DNA of 64,000 nucleotides from Schmidtea polychroa (Eukaryota): NCBI GenBank assembly GCA_044892525.1, contig CM097887.1, positions 10,912,001 to 10,976,000 of the forward strand, read 5' to 3'. Shown piece by piece: positions 1 to 10,906 of this stretch (position 1 is its first letter; each line of letters starts with the position of its first letter). The notes under the pieces were generated by a model. It saw only the letters and a program-made list of their open reading frames with translations, ran no database searches and was not told where the DNA came from. The position numbers and the translations under genes were made by a program.

Positions 1-75
<75 letters not shown>
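1..75. repeat. (ATT)n microsatellite
   Basis: Perfect ATT run from the window start. Confidence 0.98.
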
Positions 76-76
<1 letters not shown>

Positions 77-489
77 CATTTAAATTTTCATTTGACTTTG
101 AAAAATATTTCATAAAAATTTCCATTAAAAATTACCATTGAAAAATATTTCATAAAAATTTCCATTAAAAATTACTTAAAAAAATATTCCATAAAATTTT
201 CCATTAAAAATTACCATTGAAAATTTTCATTAAAAAATTTCAATTCTCAAACACCTTCAACTTTTTGTAAATAAATTTTAAAATCATACTTTAATTTACT
301 TTAATTTACTTATTTAAAAATTATTACTTTAATTTACTTATTTTTTAGAACCATAATTTACTGTAATTTAATTTTTTAGAACCATTATTTACTTTAATTT
401 AAAAATTTAGACCATAATTTACTGTAATTTAATTTTTTAGGACCATAATTTGCTTTATTTTAAAAAATTTACCACGCTTTTTTAGTGTA

Positions 490-930
490 GACCACCTTTT
501 TCTATTGAAATTCTCAGGACCAAGGAGACCCACCTTAATTTAATTCGAAAAATCCATGCTTTTTTATTGAGACCACCTTTTTCTATTGAAAAAATTTTTT
601 TTGTATTGAAAATCCCAGGACCACCGAGACCCCCTCACTATAGTGTGAAAATTCCATGCTTTTTTAGTGGTAGTCGGATTTTGTATTGAAAATCCCAGGA
701 CCATCGAGACCCCCTCACTATAGTGTGAATAATCCATGCTTTTTTATTGAGACTGCCTTTTTGTAATGAAAAATTTTTTTTTGTATTGAAAATACCAGGA
801 CCATCGAGACCCCTTCACTATAGTGTGAAAATTCCATGCTTTTTTAGTGGTAGTCGGATTTTTGTATTGAAAAAAAAATTTGTATTGAAAATCCCAGGAC
901 CATCGAGACCCCCTCACTATAGTCTGATAA
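490..930. repeat. Imperfect tandem repeat (unit about 80-130 bp)
   Basis: Recurring ttgtattgaaaatcccaggaccatcgagacccctcactatagtgtgaaaattccatgc at about 600, 680, 780 and 880. Confidence 0.8.
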
Positions 931-1037
931 AAAAAAATTTGTACCAAAAATCCCTGAAAGCAAAAAAATGTGAGTTGGAACAATTGCGTAATAAAAAGTT
1001 GGAACAATTTTACCCCCCCCCCCCCCTGGGCTACTAA

Positions 1038-1753
1038 CTACCTACTAATGTATGTGGCAATACACCCATTACATGTAAACTGATAAACGAGATCGGAACA
1101 CAATTCAACCGGAGTCTTTGACTTATTAATAAACATATTGCGTACTTTCCATGAAGTTGACACTATCCTATAGTTTAAATTCCCTAACTGCTTTTTTATC
1201 TTCACTTTATAATCCTTAAAACCTTCTGAGTACGGCAATACTAACACAAATTTAGGCTCATCATCCTTGCTCACACTATTTAATTTATTTAACTCATCAG
1301 ACTCACACACCTCAACAAAATCACACCCAGATTTTAACTCATCAGACTCACACATCTCAACAAGATCACACCCAAATTTTCTCAAACATGGATCCTTAGG
1401 ATTTTTAATAAATTTGTCAACAGTCTCTTTCACCATAATTACTAAAAAGGATTTTGAATAACCTTCTTCATTAACAATTCAACCAATATGTCAACACTTT
1501 TTACTGAATTTTTAAAAGTAGAAGATGCTCGATAAATCAACCCCTTCACCATATTTCTTTTATACTTGAATTCACAAAAACTTTCGGAAGAAGTATAGAG
1601 ACCAGTATCAGTTGGTTTTCTATAAATCTCTGTCTCGTAGTGTTTCTCTTTGCGTTGTATTAACAGATCCAAGAAAGCAAGCGATGATTTTTTCTCTGTT
1701 TCACATGTGAATACAATGTTTTTATGTAGACTATTCATATGATGACTATTCAA
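1038..1753 (-). mobile_element. Penelope-like element (PLE) fragment: RT C-terminus to start of GIY-YIG
   Basis: ORFs 1442-1753 and 1038-1436 are near-identical to the 13148-13999 ORF (IYRKPTDTGLY, LVYQFTCNGC). Joined in inverted orientation to a plus-strand pLTR piece at about 1754-1935, a known PLE arrangement. Confidence 0.9.
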
Positions 1754-1937
1754 AAATTTTTATATATAATTAAATTTGTTTAAAATCCTTAATTTAATGA
1801 GTTATTATATCCCACCGGATGTTGTCAGGAAAACTGTCGAAATTAATCGTGAAAACAATGTTTTATTGGCGTTATCTTATAATTACATCATTGCCATGTA
1901 TGTTTAACTATTTATTCAAAAATGTATAAAGTGTTGA

Positions 1938-1997
1938 TAATATATCGATGTTTTTGATACATCGACAAAACATCGATATATTACTGAGTTATAGTCT
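1938..1997. mobile_element. Small palindromic MITE-like repeat
   Basis: tatatcgatgtttt...aaaacatcgatata hairpin; related copies at about 4998-5067, 26580-26612 and 34320-34455. Confidence 0.5.
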
Positions 1998-2548
1998 NNN
2001 NNNNNNNNNNNNNNNNNNNNNNNNNNNNNNNNNNNNNNNNNNNNNNNNNNNNNNNNNNNNNNNNNNNNNNNNNNNNNNNNNNNNNNNNNNNNNNNNNNNN
2101 NNNNNNNNNNNNNNNNNNNNNNNNNNNNNNNNNNNNNNNNNNNNNNNNNTAATACCAATGAACTTTACTGTTCTATTTATAAATTAAATTATTAAATGTA
2201 TGAAAATAAATCCAAATGTTTTGTATTTGTAAGAAGGTCTCTTATAGAAAAGGTTAAGAACCCCTGGTATATACTATTCTAATAAAGAGAATGGAAAATC
2301 TCGATATCCGCAAGATGTGATTAAATCTTTCATTCGAGTAAATTTGTGTAAGTTTAATTGTGTTCAAATATCCGATGGGGGGGCTCAAATAAGATTTTCG
2401 GTTTCATATTAGCACAATATATAATGTGATATCAAAGCTTTTGATATTTGAATTTTCTTAAGAATATTTATTTCCTTGCCACGTTTTTCAAATAAATTTA
2501 GTAAAATCTTGTGACCAATTTATGGTAATTATTCAGTTGCGAGGTCTC

Positions 2549-2570
2549 AGATAAGTGAAATAGCTATAAA
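2549..2570 (+). promoter_or_regulatory. GATA motif plus TATA box of peptide gene copy 1
   Basis: AGATAAG 2549-2555 and TATAAA 2565-2570, about 90 bp upstream of the ATG; same motifs at 5813-5819 and 5829-5834 in copy 2; AATAAA at 2953-2958 downstream. Confidence 0.55.
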
Positions 2571-2658
2571 TGTCACGGAAATTACTTTCAAATATCAAAA
2601 AGTGTTCATTTTCTATTTTGCTAAATTATTCACAACGTTTTATATCTAAGTTTAGATC

Positions 2659-2874
2659 ATGAAATTCTTTGCTTTATTTTTGATATTCGCGCTTTTCTTG
2701 GGAAATGCTTCGGCTAGCTGTAACTATTAAATATTTGTTTATGGAAAATATTAATTTTCTGTTTCAGGCAAATTTACATTAGAACGGGTGAAATCAACCA
2801 AATGTCATACAGAATGTTGCAGGGGAAGGTGTTTCTCTTGGTGCCGTCCCGGCTATTTTTGTCAATGTGCTTAG
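2659..2874 (+). CDS. Secreted 8-cysteine peptide (defensin/toxin-like), copy 1, 55 aa; exons 2659-2719 and 2768-2874
   Basis: MKFFALFLIFALFLGNASAS-CKFTLERVKSTKCHTECCRGRCFSWCRPGYFCQCA*; hydrophobic signal peptide; 48-bp GTAACT..TTTCAG phase-1 intron; paralog has the same structure. Confidence 0.85.
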
Positions 2875-3351
2875 TTGATATTACTGATTTTATCTACAAA
2901 TAATTTTAACAAAAATGGTTTCTTTTAATTTTAATTTCTCAGGCGTAAAAGTAATAAATACATTATAATATCATAAACAACAAAAATTACAAATAAAAGT
3001 GCAATTTTTCATTAAAAGTGAATAATAAATTTTATTTAATATACAATATTTTTTATTTGAATAACTGCTTTGTTTGGTTGGCAATTATTTAAACAACATT
3101 CATTATTATGCAACAATTACAAATTGGCAATTGGAAATAATATTTACAAAAGGAGTTTCAAAAAATCCTTTTAAAATAGAAAAGAAATCAGAGGTGANNN
3201 NNNNNNNNNNNNNNNNNNNNNNNNNNNNNNNNNNNNNNNNNNNNNNNNNNNNNNNNNNNNNNNNNNNNNNNNNNNNNNNNNNNNNNNNNNNNNNNNNNNN
3301 NNNNNNNNNNNNNNNNNNNNNNNNNNNNNNNNNNNNNNNNNNNNNNNNNNN

Positions 3352-3916
3352 AGGCTTTGACCCATATTGGTGAGCAAAATAAGGGCTGTAAGATTAAAAT
3401 AGTTATGTCTGATTTTAAAATTTTATTAAAAAATTTCGATAATAATTGTGAACGTGTGATTTGTGAGGCGTTGTTGATAAAATAATTGAATCCGAAAATT
3501 AATTTGCAGAATGCAGTAAATACTTGTGTTTTGAGTGTTTTTAAATTAGTTTTTAAATAAGTTTTTTATATTGTATGTATTGATTTTTGTATTAAATTAA
3601 ATAATTAATAAAAATTTTTTTTAAATTAATAAATTAAATTTTAAATGTTACAATTTAAAAAAAATAATATATTTTTTTATAAAGTAAAAACATTTTATAT
3701 ATATAATTAATAAATTTGTTTAAAATCCTTAATTTAATGAGTTATAATATCCCACCTGATGATGACAGGAAAACTGTCGAAATTAATCGTGAAAAGAATG
3801 TTTGATTGGCGCTATCTTATAATTAAATCATTGCCATGTATGTTTAACTATTTATTCAATAATGTATAAAGTGTTGATTTCTTGGTAGCAGCATTTTTTA
3901 TGTAAAACAATAAAAT
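3352..3916 (+). mobile_element. PLE pseudo-LTR copy
   Basis: Matches 11164-11637 and 13860-14294 (3' end of GIY-YIG coding sequence, AT-rich UTR, hammerhead, ORF start). Confidence 0.9.
3753..3791 (+). ncRNA. Minimal type I hammerhead ribozyme of the PLE (intact core)
   Basis: CAC-CTGATGA-T-GACAG-GAAAA-CTGTC-GAAA-TTAA-TC-GTG: stem I CAC/GTG, core CUGAUGA and GAAA, 5-bp stem II, palindromic stem III, UC cleavage site. Core-mutated copies at 1813-1851, 11553-11591 and 14248-14286. Confidence 0.8.
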
Positions 3917-5922
3917 NNNNNNNNNNNNNNNNNNNNNNNNNNNNNNNNNNNNNNNNNNNNNNNNNNNNNNNNNNNNNNNNNNNNNNNNNNNNNNNNNNNN
4001 NNNNNNNNNNNNNNNNNNNNNNNNNNNNNNNNNNNNNNNNNNNNNNNNNNNNNNNTCGATGATATGTTCGTGCGTACTACGGATGTGAGTTAATAAGTTT
4101 TGAATAAGTATGCTTAATTATATCAATTTATGTAATATATTTTATTTATGTTGGTAAGTGCGTGTGAGTGTAAGGAAATTTGAAGCACCCAGCCGAGTCA
4201 CCGGTAAATAAACAGTCTTGGGATAGTTGGGACGAATGTATGTAAGAACAAAAAAATTATAATGATTAAATAAGGTGTAACAACTATAATTTAAAATTGA
4301 AACTTTTATTTACAATAGAATTAAAAACCTTAAAATTTGGATAGTTCAAGGTTGAGTTTTAATATTTCAGTAGCTGAAAACTTTGTTTCTTGGAATTAGA
4401 GATAAGCTCAAATTGGGAAATCGAACACGTCTATAAATGAAAATTTGGATCGTAAGGATTCGGGAGAACTGAAATTTATATTTTAAATGTAGATACGAAT
4501 AGAATTTAGTTAGTTGGAGTTTGAAAAATTAATTAAAATTGTTAGAATGTTCTTGAATAAGTTTGAGATGAATTGAATTTAATAACTGTGGAATATTCCT
4601 ATGGATAAATTTTCGTTGTTGGAGTTTGAGAAATTAATTCTAATAATTAGAATAATCTAGTTAATCTTTTTATCAATTTTTTTTAATCTTCGATTTTTTT
4701 CTATTTCTAATTTTACTATAGAGATAATTTACCATTGTAAATTATTGCTATATAGTTTTTTAATCTAATTCCACCAACTCAACGGGAACACTTATGTTCG
4801 TAAAAAAAGAATCCTAATTGGATTGTTGTCAAAAATAACCATAAAATCAAAAATACAAAAATCTACTACAAGTAACAATAATAATAAAAATAGTAATAAT
4901 AATAATAATTATAACGATAATAAAAATATTATAAGAATTTTTTTTTTAAATTTCACCACTGATTTTTTTCCATTGAATTTAGTAACTAGAGCGCTTGAAG
5001 ATTATAAATCTGTAAATATATCGATGTTTTTGAAACATCGACAAAACATCGATATATTACTGAGTTANNNNNNNNNNNNNNNNNNNNNNNNNNNNNNNNN
5101 NNNNNNNNNNNNNNNNNNNNNNNNNNNNNNNNNNNNNNNNNNNNNNNNNNNNNNNNNNNNNNNNNNNNNNNNNNNNNNNNNNNNNNNNNNNNNNNNNNNN
5201 NNNNNNNNNNNNNNNNNNNNNNNNNNNNNNNNNNNNNNNNNNNNNNNNNNNNNNNNNNNNNNNNNNNNNNNNNNNNNNNNNNNNNNNNNNNNNNNNNNNN
5301 NNNNNNNNNNNNNNNNNNNNNNNNNNNNNNNNNNNNNNNNNNNNNNNNNNNNNNNNNNNNNNNNNNNNNNNNNNNNNNNNNNNNNNNNNNNNNNNNNNNN
5401 NNNNNNNNNNNAATTTAATACCAATGAACTTTACTGTTCTATTTATAAATTAAATTATTAAATGTATGAAAATAAATCCAAATGTTTTGTATTTGTAAGA
5501 AGGTCTCTTATAGAAAAGATTAAGAACCCCTGGTATATACTATTCTAATAAAGAGAATGGAAAATCTCGATATCCGCAAGATGTGATTAAATCTTTCATT
5601 CGAGTAAATTTGTGTAAGTTTAATTGTGTTCAAATATCCGATGGGGGCTCAAATAAGATTTTCGGTTTCATATTAGCACAATATATAATGTGATTGAAAA
5701 GCTTTTGATATTTGAATTTTCTTAAGAATATTTATTTCCTTGCCACGTTTTTCAAATAAATTTAGTAAAATCTTGTGACCAATTTATGGTAATTATTCAG
5801 TTGCGAGGTCTCAGATAAGTGAAATAGCTATAAATGTCACGGAAATTACTTTCAAATATCAAAAAGTGTTCATTTTCTATTTTGCTAAATTATTCACAAC
5901 GTTTTATATCTAAGTTTAGATC

Positions 5923-6141
5923 ATGAAATTCTTTGCTTTATTTTTGATATTCGCGCTTTTCTTGGGAAATGCTTCGGCTAGCTGTAACTATTAAATATTT
6001 GTTTATGGAAAATATTAATTTTCTTTTCCAGGCAAAGAAAAATATGAATGGGTGAGACCTTTCCATTGTCATGAACAATGTTGCCATGAAAAGTGTGTCA
6101 ATGATTGCAAAATCGAATATTATTATTGTATGTGTGGTTAG
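5923..6141 (+). CDS. Secreted 8-cysteine peptide (defensin/toxin-like), copy 2, 56 aa; exons 5923-5983 and 6032-6141
   Basis: MKFFALFLIFALFLGNASAS-CKEKYEWVRPFHCHEQCCHEKCVNDCKIEYYYCMCG*; identical signal exon, 48-bp intron, same Cys framework as copy 1. Confidence 0.85.
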
Positions 6142-6529
6142 TTGATATTACTGATGTTATCTACAAATAATTTTAACAAAAATGGTTTCTTTTAATTTTA
6201 ATTTCTCAGGCGTAAAAGTAATAAATACATTATAATATCATAAACAACAAAAATTACAAATAAAAGTGCAATTTTTCATTAAAAGTGAATAATAAACTTT
6301 ATTTAATATACAATATTTTTTATTTGAATAACTGCTTTGTTTGGTTGGCAATTATTTAAACAACATTCATTATTATGCAACAATTACAAATTGGCAATTG
6401 GAAATAATATTTACAGTTATGATGTCCTCAACTTCTAAATTCATAAAATAAATCAATAATAATTCAATAAGATATATTTTTCAAAAAAACACTAAAACGA
6501 ATATTATTCAAACAAAACTTTACATAACT

Positions 6530-6541
6530 CTCCCCTTCTTT
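6530..6541 (-). promoter_or_regulatory. Polypurine tract
   Basis: AAAGAAGGGGAG on the minus strand directly before the 3' LTR, abutting the pol stop. Confidence 0.85.
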
Positions 6542-9500
6542 AAGGAACTGCCCATCTCTTAAGCCATTCAATTCGTCTGAGTTTCTTTGTCGTCCCGTCA
6601 CTCAATTCCACCTGGTGTTCTGACAAAAACTTTGATATGACAAACGGACCTTCATACTGTAGTCCATCTTTGTCGCGATTTTGTGGTTCTTTCCGAACTA
6701 ATACTTTCTCCCCCACCGTGAAACATCGATTCGTTCTCTTCTCTGTTTCCATCTCTTTCATTCGTTTAGCTGCTTTCTCACTGTTCTCTCTTACCAATCT
6801 ATGTATCTCAACTGTATCCAATGTCGTCTGAGGCAATGTTGAATGAAGGTTAATCTTCCTCCCAAAAACAATTTCAAATGGAGAAAATCCCGTCGCGCTC
6901 TGTTGTGTCACGTTGATACAAAATTCTACTCGAGGAAGTAACTCCGCCCAATTTCGCTCTCCTAGTCCACCTGCTAATGATGTCGCCAGCAAGTCTCTGA
7001 CTGTCCGTGTTGTTCTCTCAACTAAACCGTTAGATTGATGCTGATATGGTGAACTGAACTGTTGCGTAATACCCAGTCTTCCTAGATTTGTTTTCATAAA
7101 ACCACTATCGAAGTTCTTCCCTCTGTCTGACAGACAATTTCGCGGTTTTCCGAAACGGTATATCCACTTCTCCAATATGGCTTTGAAAATCGATCTCTCG
7201 TCTTGTCTCTCCAGTGCGGTCAGACTGACCATTTTGCTAAAACGATCAATGATAACTAGCATATACTTGTACACTCCACCATTCTTCATGTGTGCTATAT
7301 CAATGACCAACTGTTCTAAAAATTCTGAACTTATTATCGGCAACAATCGTTCCTTTGTCTTCTCCTGCACTATTTTCCTTCTGCAGCATATCTCACATAC
7401 TCTCAAACAGTTTTGTATAGTTTCTTGCATGTTTGGCCAAAAAAATATGTTGCTCATATAGCTAATTAATTTCTTTACTCCAATGTGACACATTTCAGTA
7501 TGTATTCCTTTAACTAACGTATTTGAGTAGTCTATCGGCACCAGGATGACATCTTTACCATTCTTCTCTAATAATAAAAACCCATCTTCTAATTTTATGT
7601 TGTTATGCAAATTGAAAGGAAATTTCTTTTTATTCAAGTCATCTTTTTTCTCTTCTCCCTGTAACACTCTTGTCATGTGAATGAAATCTACATCATCTTG
7701 TTGCTTTTCTAAGAGTTTAGTCATCGACTCAGTCTTCTGTAATGAGCTGATATGTCTTACTCTGGCTTTTTCTTCTTTTGCGTCTTCATGTCTAGTCTGG
7801 CATTGTGCACATAGCATCCCTTTAATCCTTGATATTCCGTCCGCATTTCCATGTTCCTCTCCTTTCCTATATTGAAGATCGAAATCATATCCGGAAAGGT
7901 TGGCTAGCCAGGTTTGAAATTGCGGGCTTATCGGTTTTTTTGTGTATCTCATGAAAACCAACGCCTTGTGATCCGTTCGTACTACAAATGACTTTCCGTA
8001 TAGATATTGTTTAAAATACATTACATATTCGTGTATAGCAAGTAACTCCTTCCTAGTCACACAATAACCTTTTTCATGTGCGGTCAAGTGTCTCGACCCA
8101 TATGCAATTACTACTTCAGTACCATCTTCTTTAGCTTGACATAAAACTGCTCCGATGGCCCCAAAACTAGCGTCTGTATCCAGAATAAAGTTTCTATCCA
8201 TTCTTGGGTAATCTAGAATTGGAGCTTCACACAACTTTGTTTTAAGTAATTCAAAACTATTGTTGCAATCTTCTGACCAATTAATCTTTTTCTCACAGCC
8301 GGACGTAGCTGCATGTAGAGGTTCCGCAATTTTCGCATAGTCTTTTATAAACTTCCTATAGTAATTGGCCATACCTAAAAAGGATCTTAATTGTTTGGTG
8401 CATACTGGTATTTCTGCATCTTGAATCTCTTTAATCTTCTTGTCGTTCGTTTTTATCCCACGTGCACTTACAGTGTGCCCTAGGAATGTCAATTCTTCTT
8501 TATACAGATTACATTTTTCTGGGTTAATTCTCAACCCCGCTAGTTGAATTCTTCTGAATACTTCCTCTAATCGGTTATTGTGTTCCTCTATGTCTTTTCC
8601 ATAGACAAGAATGTCGTCGAGGTAGACAACAACACCCTTAAATAATATTCCATCCAACATTGAGTGCATCATTCTTTGAAACGTCGCAGGGGCTGTTGCT
8701 AGTCCAAAAGGAAGTCGGTTAAAACAAAACTGTCCTTGCCTTGTACTGAAAGCCGTGACCTCTTGAATTTCCTTCGCCATTCCAACTTGATAATATGCTT
8801 GACCTAGATCGATGGATGTGAAATATTTTGAATCTGCCAGACAATCCAGTAGAAATCGTGTATCTGGCATTGGAAAAGATATCTTTTCAGTGATCGCATT
8901 CAACCCTCTATAGTCGACACACATCCTTATTGATCCATCTTTCTTAGCCACAATCACTAGTGGCGCGTTCCATGCACTTTTGCATTTTCTAATAACTCTC
9001 GCTTCTAATAAGTTTGTGACAAGTTCGTCAAGCTTTTGTTCTAAATGCATTGGTTGTCTTCTTGGCTGTAACATTACAGGCCCACCTACTATATTCATTT
9101 CATGCTGAACAACTTTCGTAAACCCGAGATCAAAAGTTGAAGCCATAAAAATACCTTTGAACTTCCGTAGCAATATGTCTAACTGTTCATTCTTCCTGTC
9201 TCCAAGCATTAATAATGCTTTCTCTTCTCGTTGTGAGTCCACATATGTCCTCCCTACTTGTGACGCTTCAATATTGTCTACCTCTACCAGTTGAATACCA
9301 AATCTCTCCATTGTATCTACACCCCCAATGAAATCTGGACGTATATCTTTGACAACTATAACATTAATAATTCTTTTTTTCCCATTCCAATCAGCTTTTA
9401 TCGTCATTGCTCCTAACGGTCTTTCCATTCCCGTCGAAAATACTCCACAAAGAGAAATTGTGCTCTGCTTCAACCTCGGTTTCCCGATCTTTGTCCAACT

Positions 9501-9701
9501 TTTTTCACTCATAACTGATACTGACGCTCCAGAGTCCCAAAGCATGTCAATCGCCGTCATGTTTATTACAATCTTACTCCACTTTCTTCTGTCTGTCGTC
9601 TCATACATCTTCTGCATCATGTCTTCATTTCGCTTCTTTCTACTGATTATTGTGTCGACCCCACTGACGAAATGAAAGCAATGGGATCGTCCTTGTTTTT
9701 T
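6540..9701 (-). CDS. pol: Pol (protease-RT-RNase H-integrase), probably reached by -1 frameshift from gag
   Basis: WDSGAS protease, YLDD RT, TDAS RNase H, HxxxxH..CxxC and DDE integrase, GPF motif; the -1 frame opens at a slippery site at 9695-9701. Confidence 0.95.
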   Translation of the reverse strand, partial: KKQGRSHCFHFVSGVDTIISRKKRNEDMMQKMYETTDRRKWSKIVINMTAIDMLWDSGASVSVMSEKSWTKIGKPRLKQSTISLCGVFSTGMERPLGAMTIKADWNGKKRIINVIVVKDIRPDFIGGVDTMERFGIQLVEVDNIEASQVGRTYVDSQREEKALLMLGDRKNEQLDILLRKFKGIFMASTFDLGFTKVVQHEMNIVGGPVMLQPRRQPMHLEQKLDELVTNLLEARVIRKCKSAWNAPLVIVAKKDGSIRMCVDYRGLNAITEKISFPMPDTRFLLDCLADSKYFTSIDLGQAYYQVGMAKEIQEVTAFSTRQGQFCFNRLPFGLATAPATFQRMMHSMLDGILFKGVVVYLDDILVYGKDIEEHNNRLEEVFRRIQLAGLRINPEKCNLYKEELTFLGHTVSARGIKTNDKKIKEIQDAEIPVCTKQLRSFLGMANYYRKFIKDYAKIAEPLHAATSGCEKKINWSEDCNNSFELLKTKLCEAPILDYPRMDRNFILDTDASFGAIGAVLCQAKEDGTEVVIAYGSRHLTAHEKGYCVTRKELLAIHEYVMYFKQYLYGKSFVVRTDHKALVFMRYTKKPISPQFQTWLANLSGYDFDLQYRKGEEHGNADGISRIKGMLCAQCQTRHEDAKEEKARVRHISSLQKTESMTKLLEKQQDDVDFIHMTRVLQGEEKKDDLNKKKFPFNLHNNIKLEDGFLLLEKNGKDVILVPIDYSNTLVKGIHTEMCHIGVKKLISYMSNIFFWPNMQETIQNCLRVCEICCRRKIVQEKTKERLLPIISSEFLEQLVIDIAHMKNGGVYKYMLVIIDRFSKMVSLTALERQDERSIFKAILEKWIYRFGKPRNCLSDRGKNFDSGFMKTNLGRLGITQQFSSPYQHQSNGLVERTTRTVRDLLATSLAGGLGERNWAELLPRVEFCINVTQQSATGFSPFEIVFGRKINLHSTLPQTTLDTVEIHRLVRENSEKAAKRMKEMETEKRTNRCFTVGEKVLVRKEPQNRDKDGLQYEGPFVISKFLSEHQVELSDGTTKKLRRIEWLKRWAVP

Positions 9702-10906
9702 GGTTTATCCATTGATTTTTTTATCGTTTCTTCGTAATTACTGTATAAATCTTCTGTAAAATCACCATTATTTCTTTCGTGATCTTCTTCGTAAATACAT
9801 GCCACTCTCTTCTGATATCCATTTCTATTTTTAAGCAAAAAACAATCTCTGAATCCATGACCTTCTTTTCCACAGATTAGACATTTGTCTTTCATAGGAC
9901 ATTCAAAACGCCGGTGCCCTTTTTCTCCACAACAAAAACACTGACCTGGTGTCAGTTTCACTGGATGAGGCGAATCTCTTCCTTTGCTGTCATTAAATAA
10001 CCTTCTTGCAATATCTTTAAGCGATACTGTAGGTATTCTTCTCTCTGGTTCTCCTGTCTCATATCGTCCTCTATACCGCTCATTTTCATTCTTGTCTTCA
10101 TTTACAATTGGTACAAACCGACCATTACCAGGTCTATTCCTCTCATGATTAATCTCTCGGTGTTCGTCGCGTTGATGTGCAGTTGTCTTCACAATTGTTC
10201 TTTGGTCTCGTCTACCCTCGAATTTACCATTTTTCATCACTGATGCGTAGGAGTCTCTTCTTATGGCATCAATATTGAATTTATTGTCATTCGTCATCTC
10301 GATCTTCTCCTGAATTTTTGCCATATCCCTGGCATCTTCAAAACTTGTCACTTTCCCTGATAAGAATATTTCTTTTACTCTATCGTCTTTCGCTCTGTTT
10401 GAGATAATGTCTCGAACAATCTGTTCATCAGACATTCCAGAGCTAAATACACTTTTAACTAAACTTCTTACTCGTATTTCGAAGACTTGGAATCTTTCAT
10501 CTCTCTCTTGCTGAATTTGAGCTAGTTCTACAATCTTGTTAGTAATGGTTTTCCTAACTGTAAAAGTTTCTATAAACCACTCTTTTGCCATTTCATCGGT
10601 CATCTTCGCTATTTTCGCCGCTTCCCATAACATCGATGCCGCATCTGTCAACAAAAGATCCAATGCGTCTACTAGACTTTGATCTTCTATTCTCAGCCAT
10701 TCCATAATATCCTTTAGCCAAAGTTCGGCTTCAGATCCAACTTTTCCGTCAAACTTTCTGACATTAAAATTTAGCATCTCACGTGCTTGTTTTGACAAGG
10801 AATCTAACATATTCTTGGTTCCTTTCTTTTTTCCTATCGCATTGATTTCCTTGGCGTGGTCGCCAGTTATGATGTCCTCAACTTCTAAATTCATAAAATA
10901 AATCAA
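9647..10906 (-). CDS. gag: Gag with two CCHC zinc knuckles
   Basis: CFCCGEKGHRRFEC and CLICGKEGHGFRDC; lies between PBS and pol. Confidence 0.92.
   Translation of the reverse strand: MIYFMNLEVEDIITGDHAKEINAIGKKKGTKNMLDSLSKQAREMLNFNVRKFDGKVGSEAELWLKDIMEWLRIEDQSLVDALDLLLTDAASMLWEAAKIAKMTDEMAKEWFIETFTVRKTITNKIVELAQIQQERDERFQVFEIRVRSLVKSVFSSGMSDEQIVRDIISNRAKDDRVKEIFLSGKVTSFEDARDMAKIQEKIEMTNDNKFNIDAIRRDSYASVMKNGKFEGRRDQRTIVKTTAHQRDEHREINHERNRPGNGRFVPIVNEDKNENERYRGRYETGEPERRIPTVSLKDIARRLFNDSKGRDSPHPVKLTPGQCFCCGEKGHRRFECPMKDKCLICGKEGHGFRDCFLLKNRNGYQKRVACIYEEDHERNNGDFTEDLYSNYEETIKKSMDKPKNKDDPIAFISSVGSTQ
10848..10864 (-). promoter_or_regulatory. Primer-binding site, probably tRNA-Arg
   Basis: TGGCGACCACGCC directly after the 5' LTR; the first 11 nt match my recollection of the complement of a tRNA-Arg(UCG) 3' end. 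Confidence 0.6.

Larger units (their letters stand above)
2151..3196 (+). repeat. Segmental duplication copy 1 (copy 2 = 5412-6414 plus 10980-11040, split by the Gypsy insertion)
   Basis: Near-identical by eye over about 1 kb except for exon 2 of the embedded peptide gene. Confidence 0.95.

Noticed and set aside
4056-4720. Possible fragment of another retroelement between gaps
   Set aside because: No convincing protein motif in any frame I read
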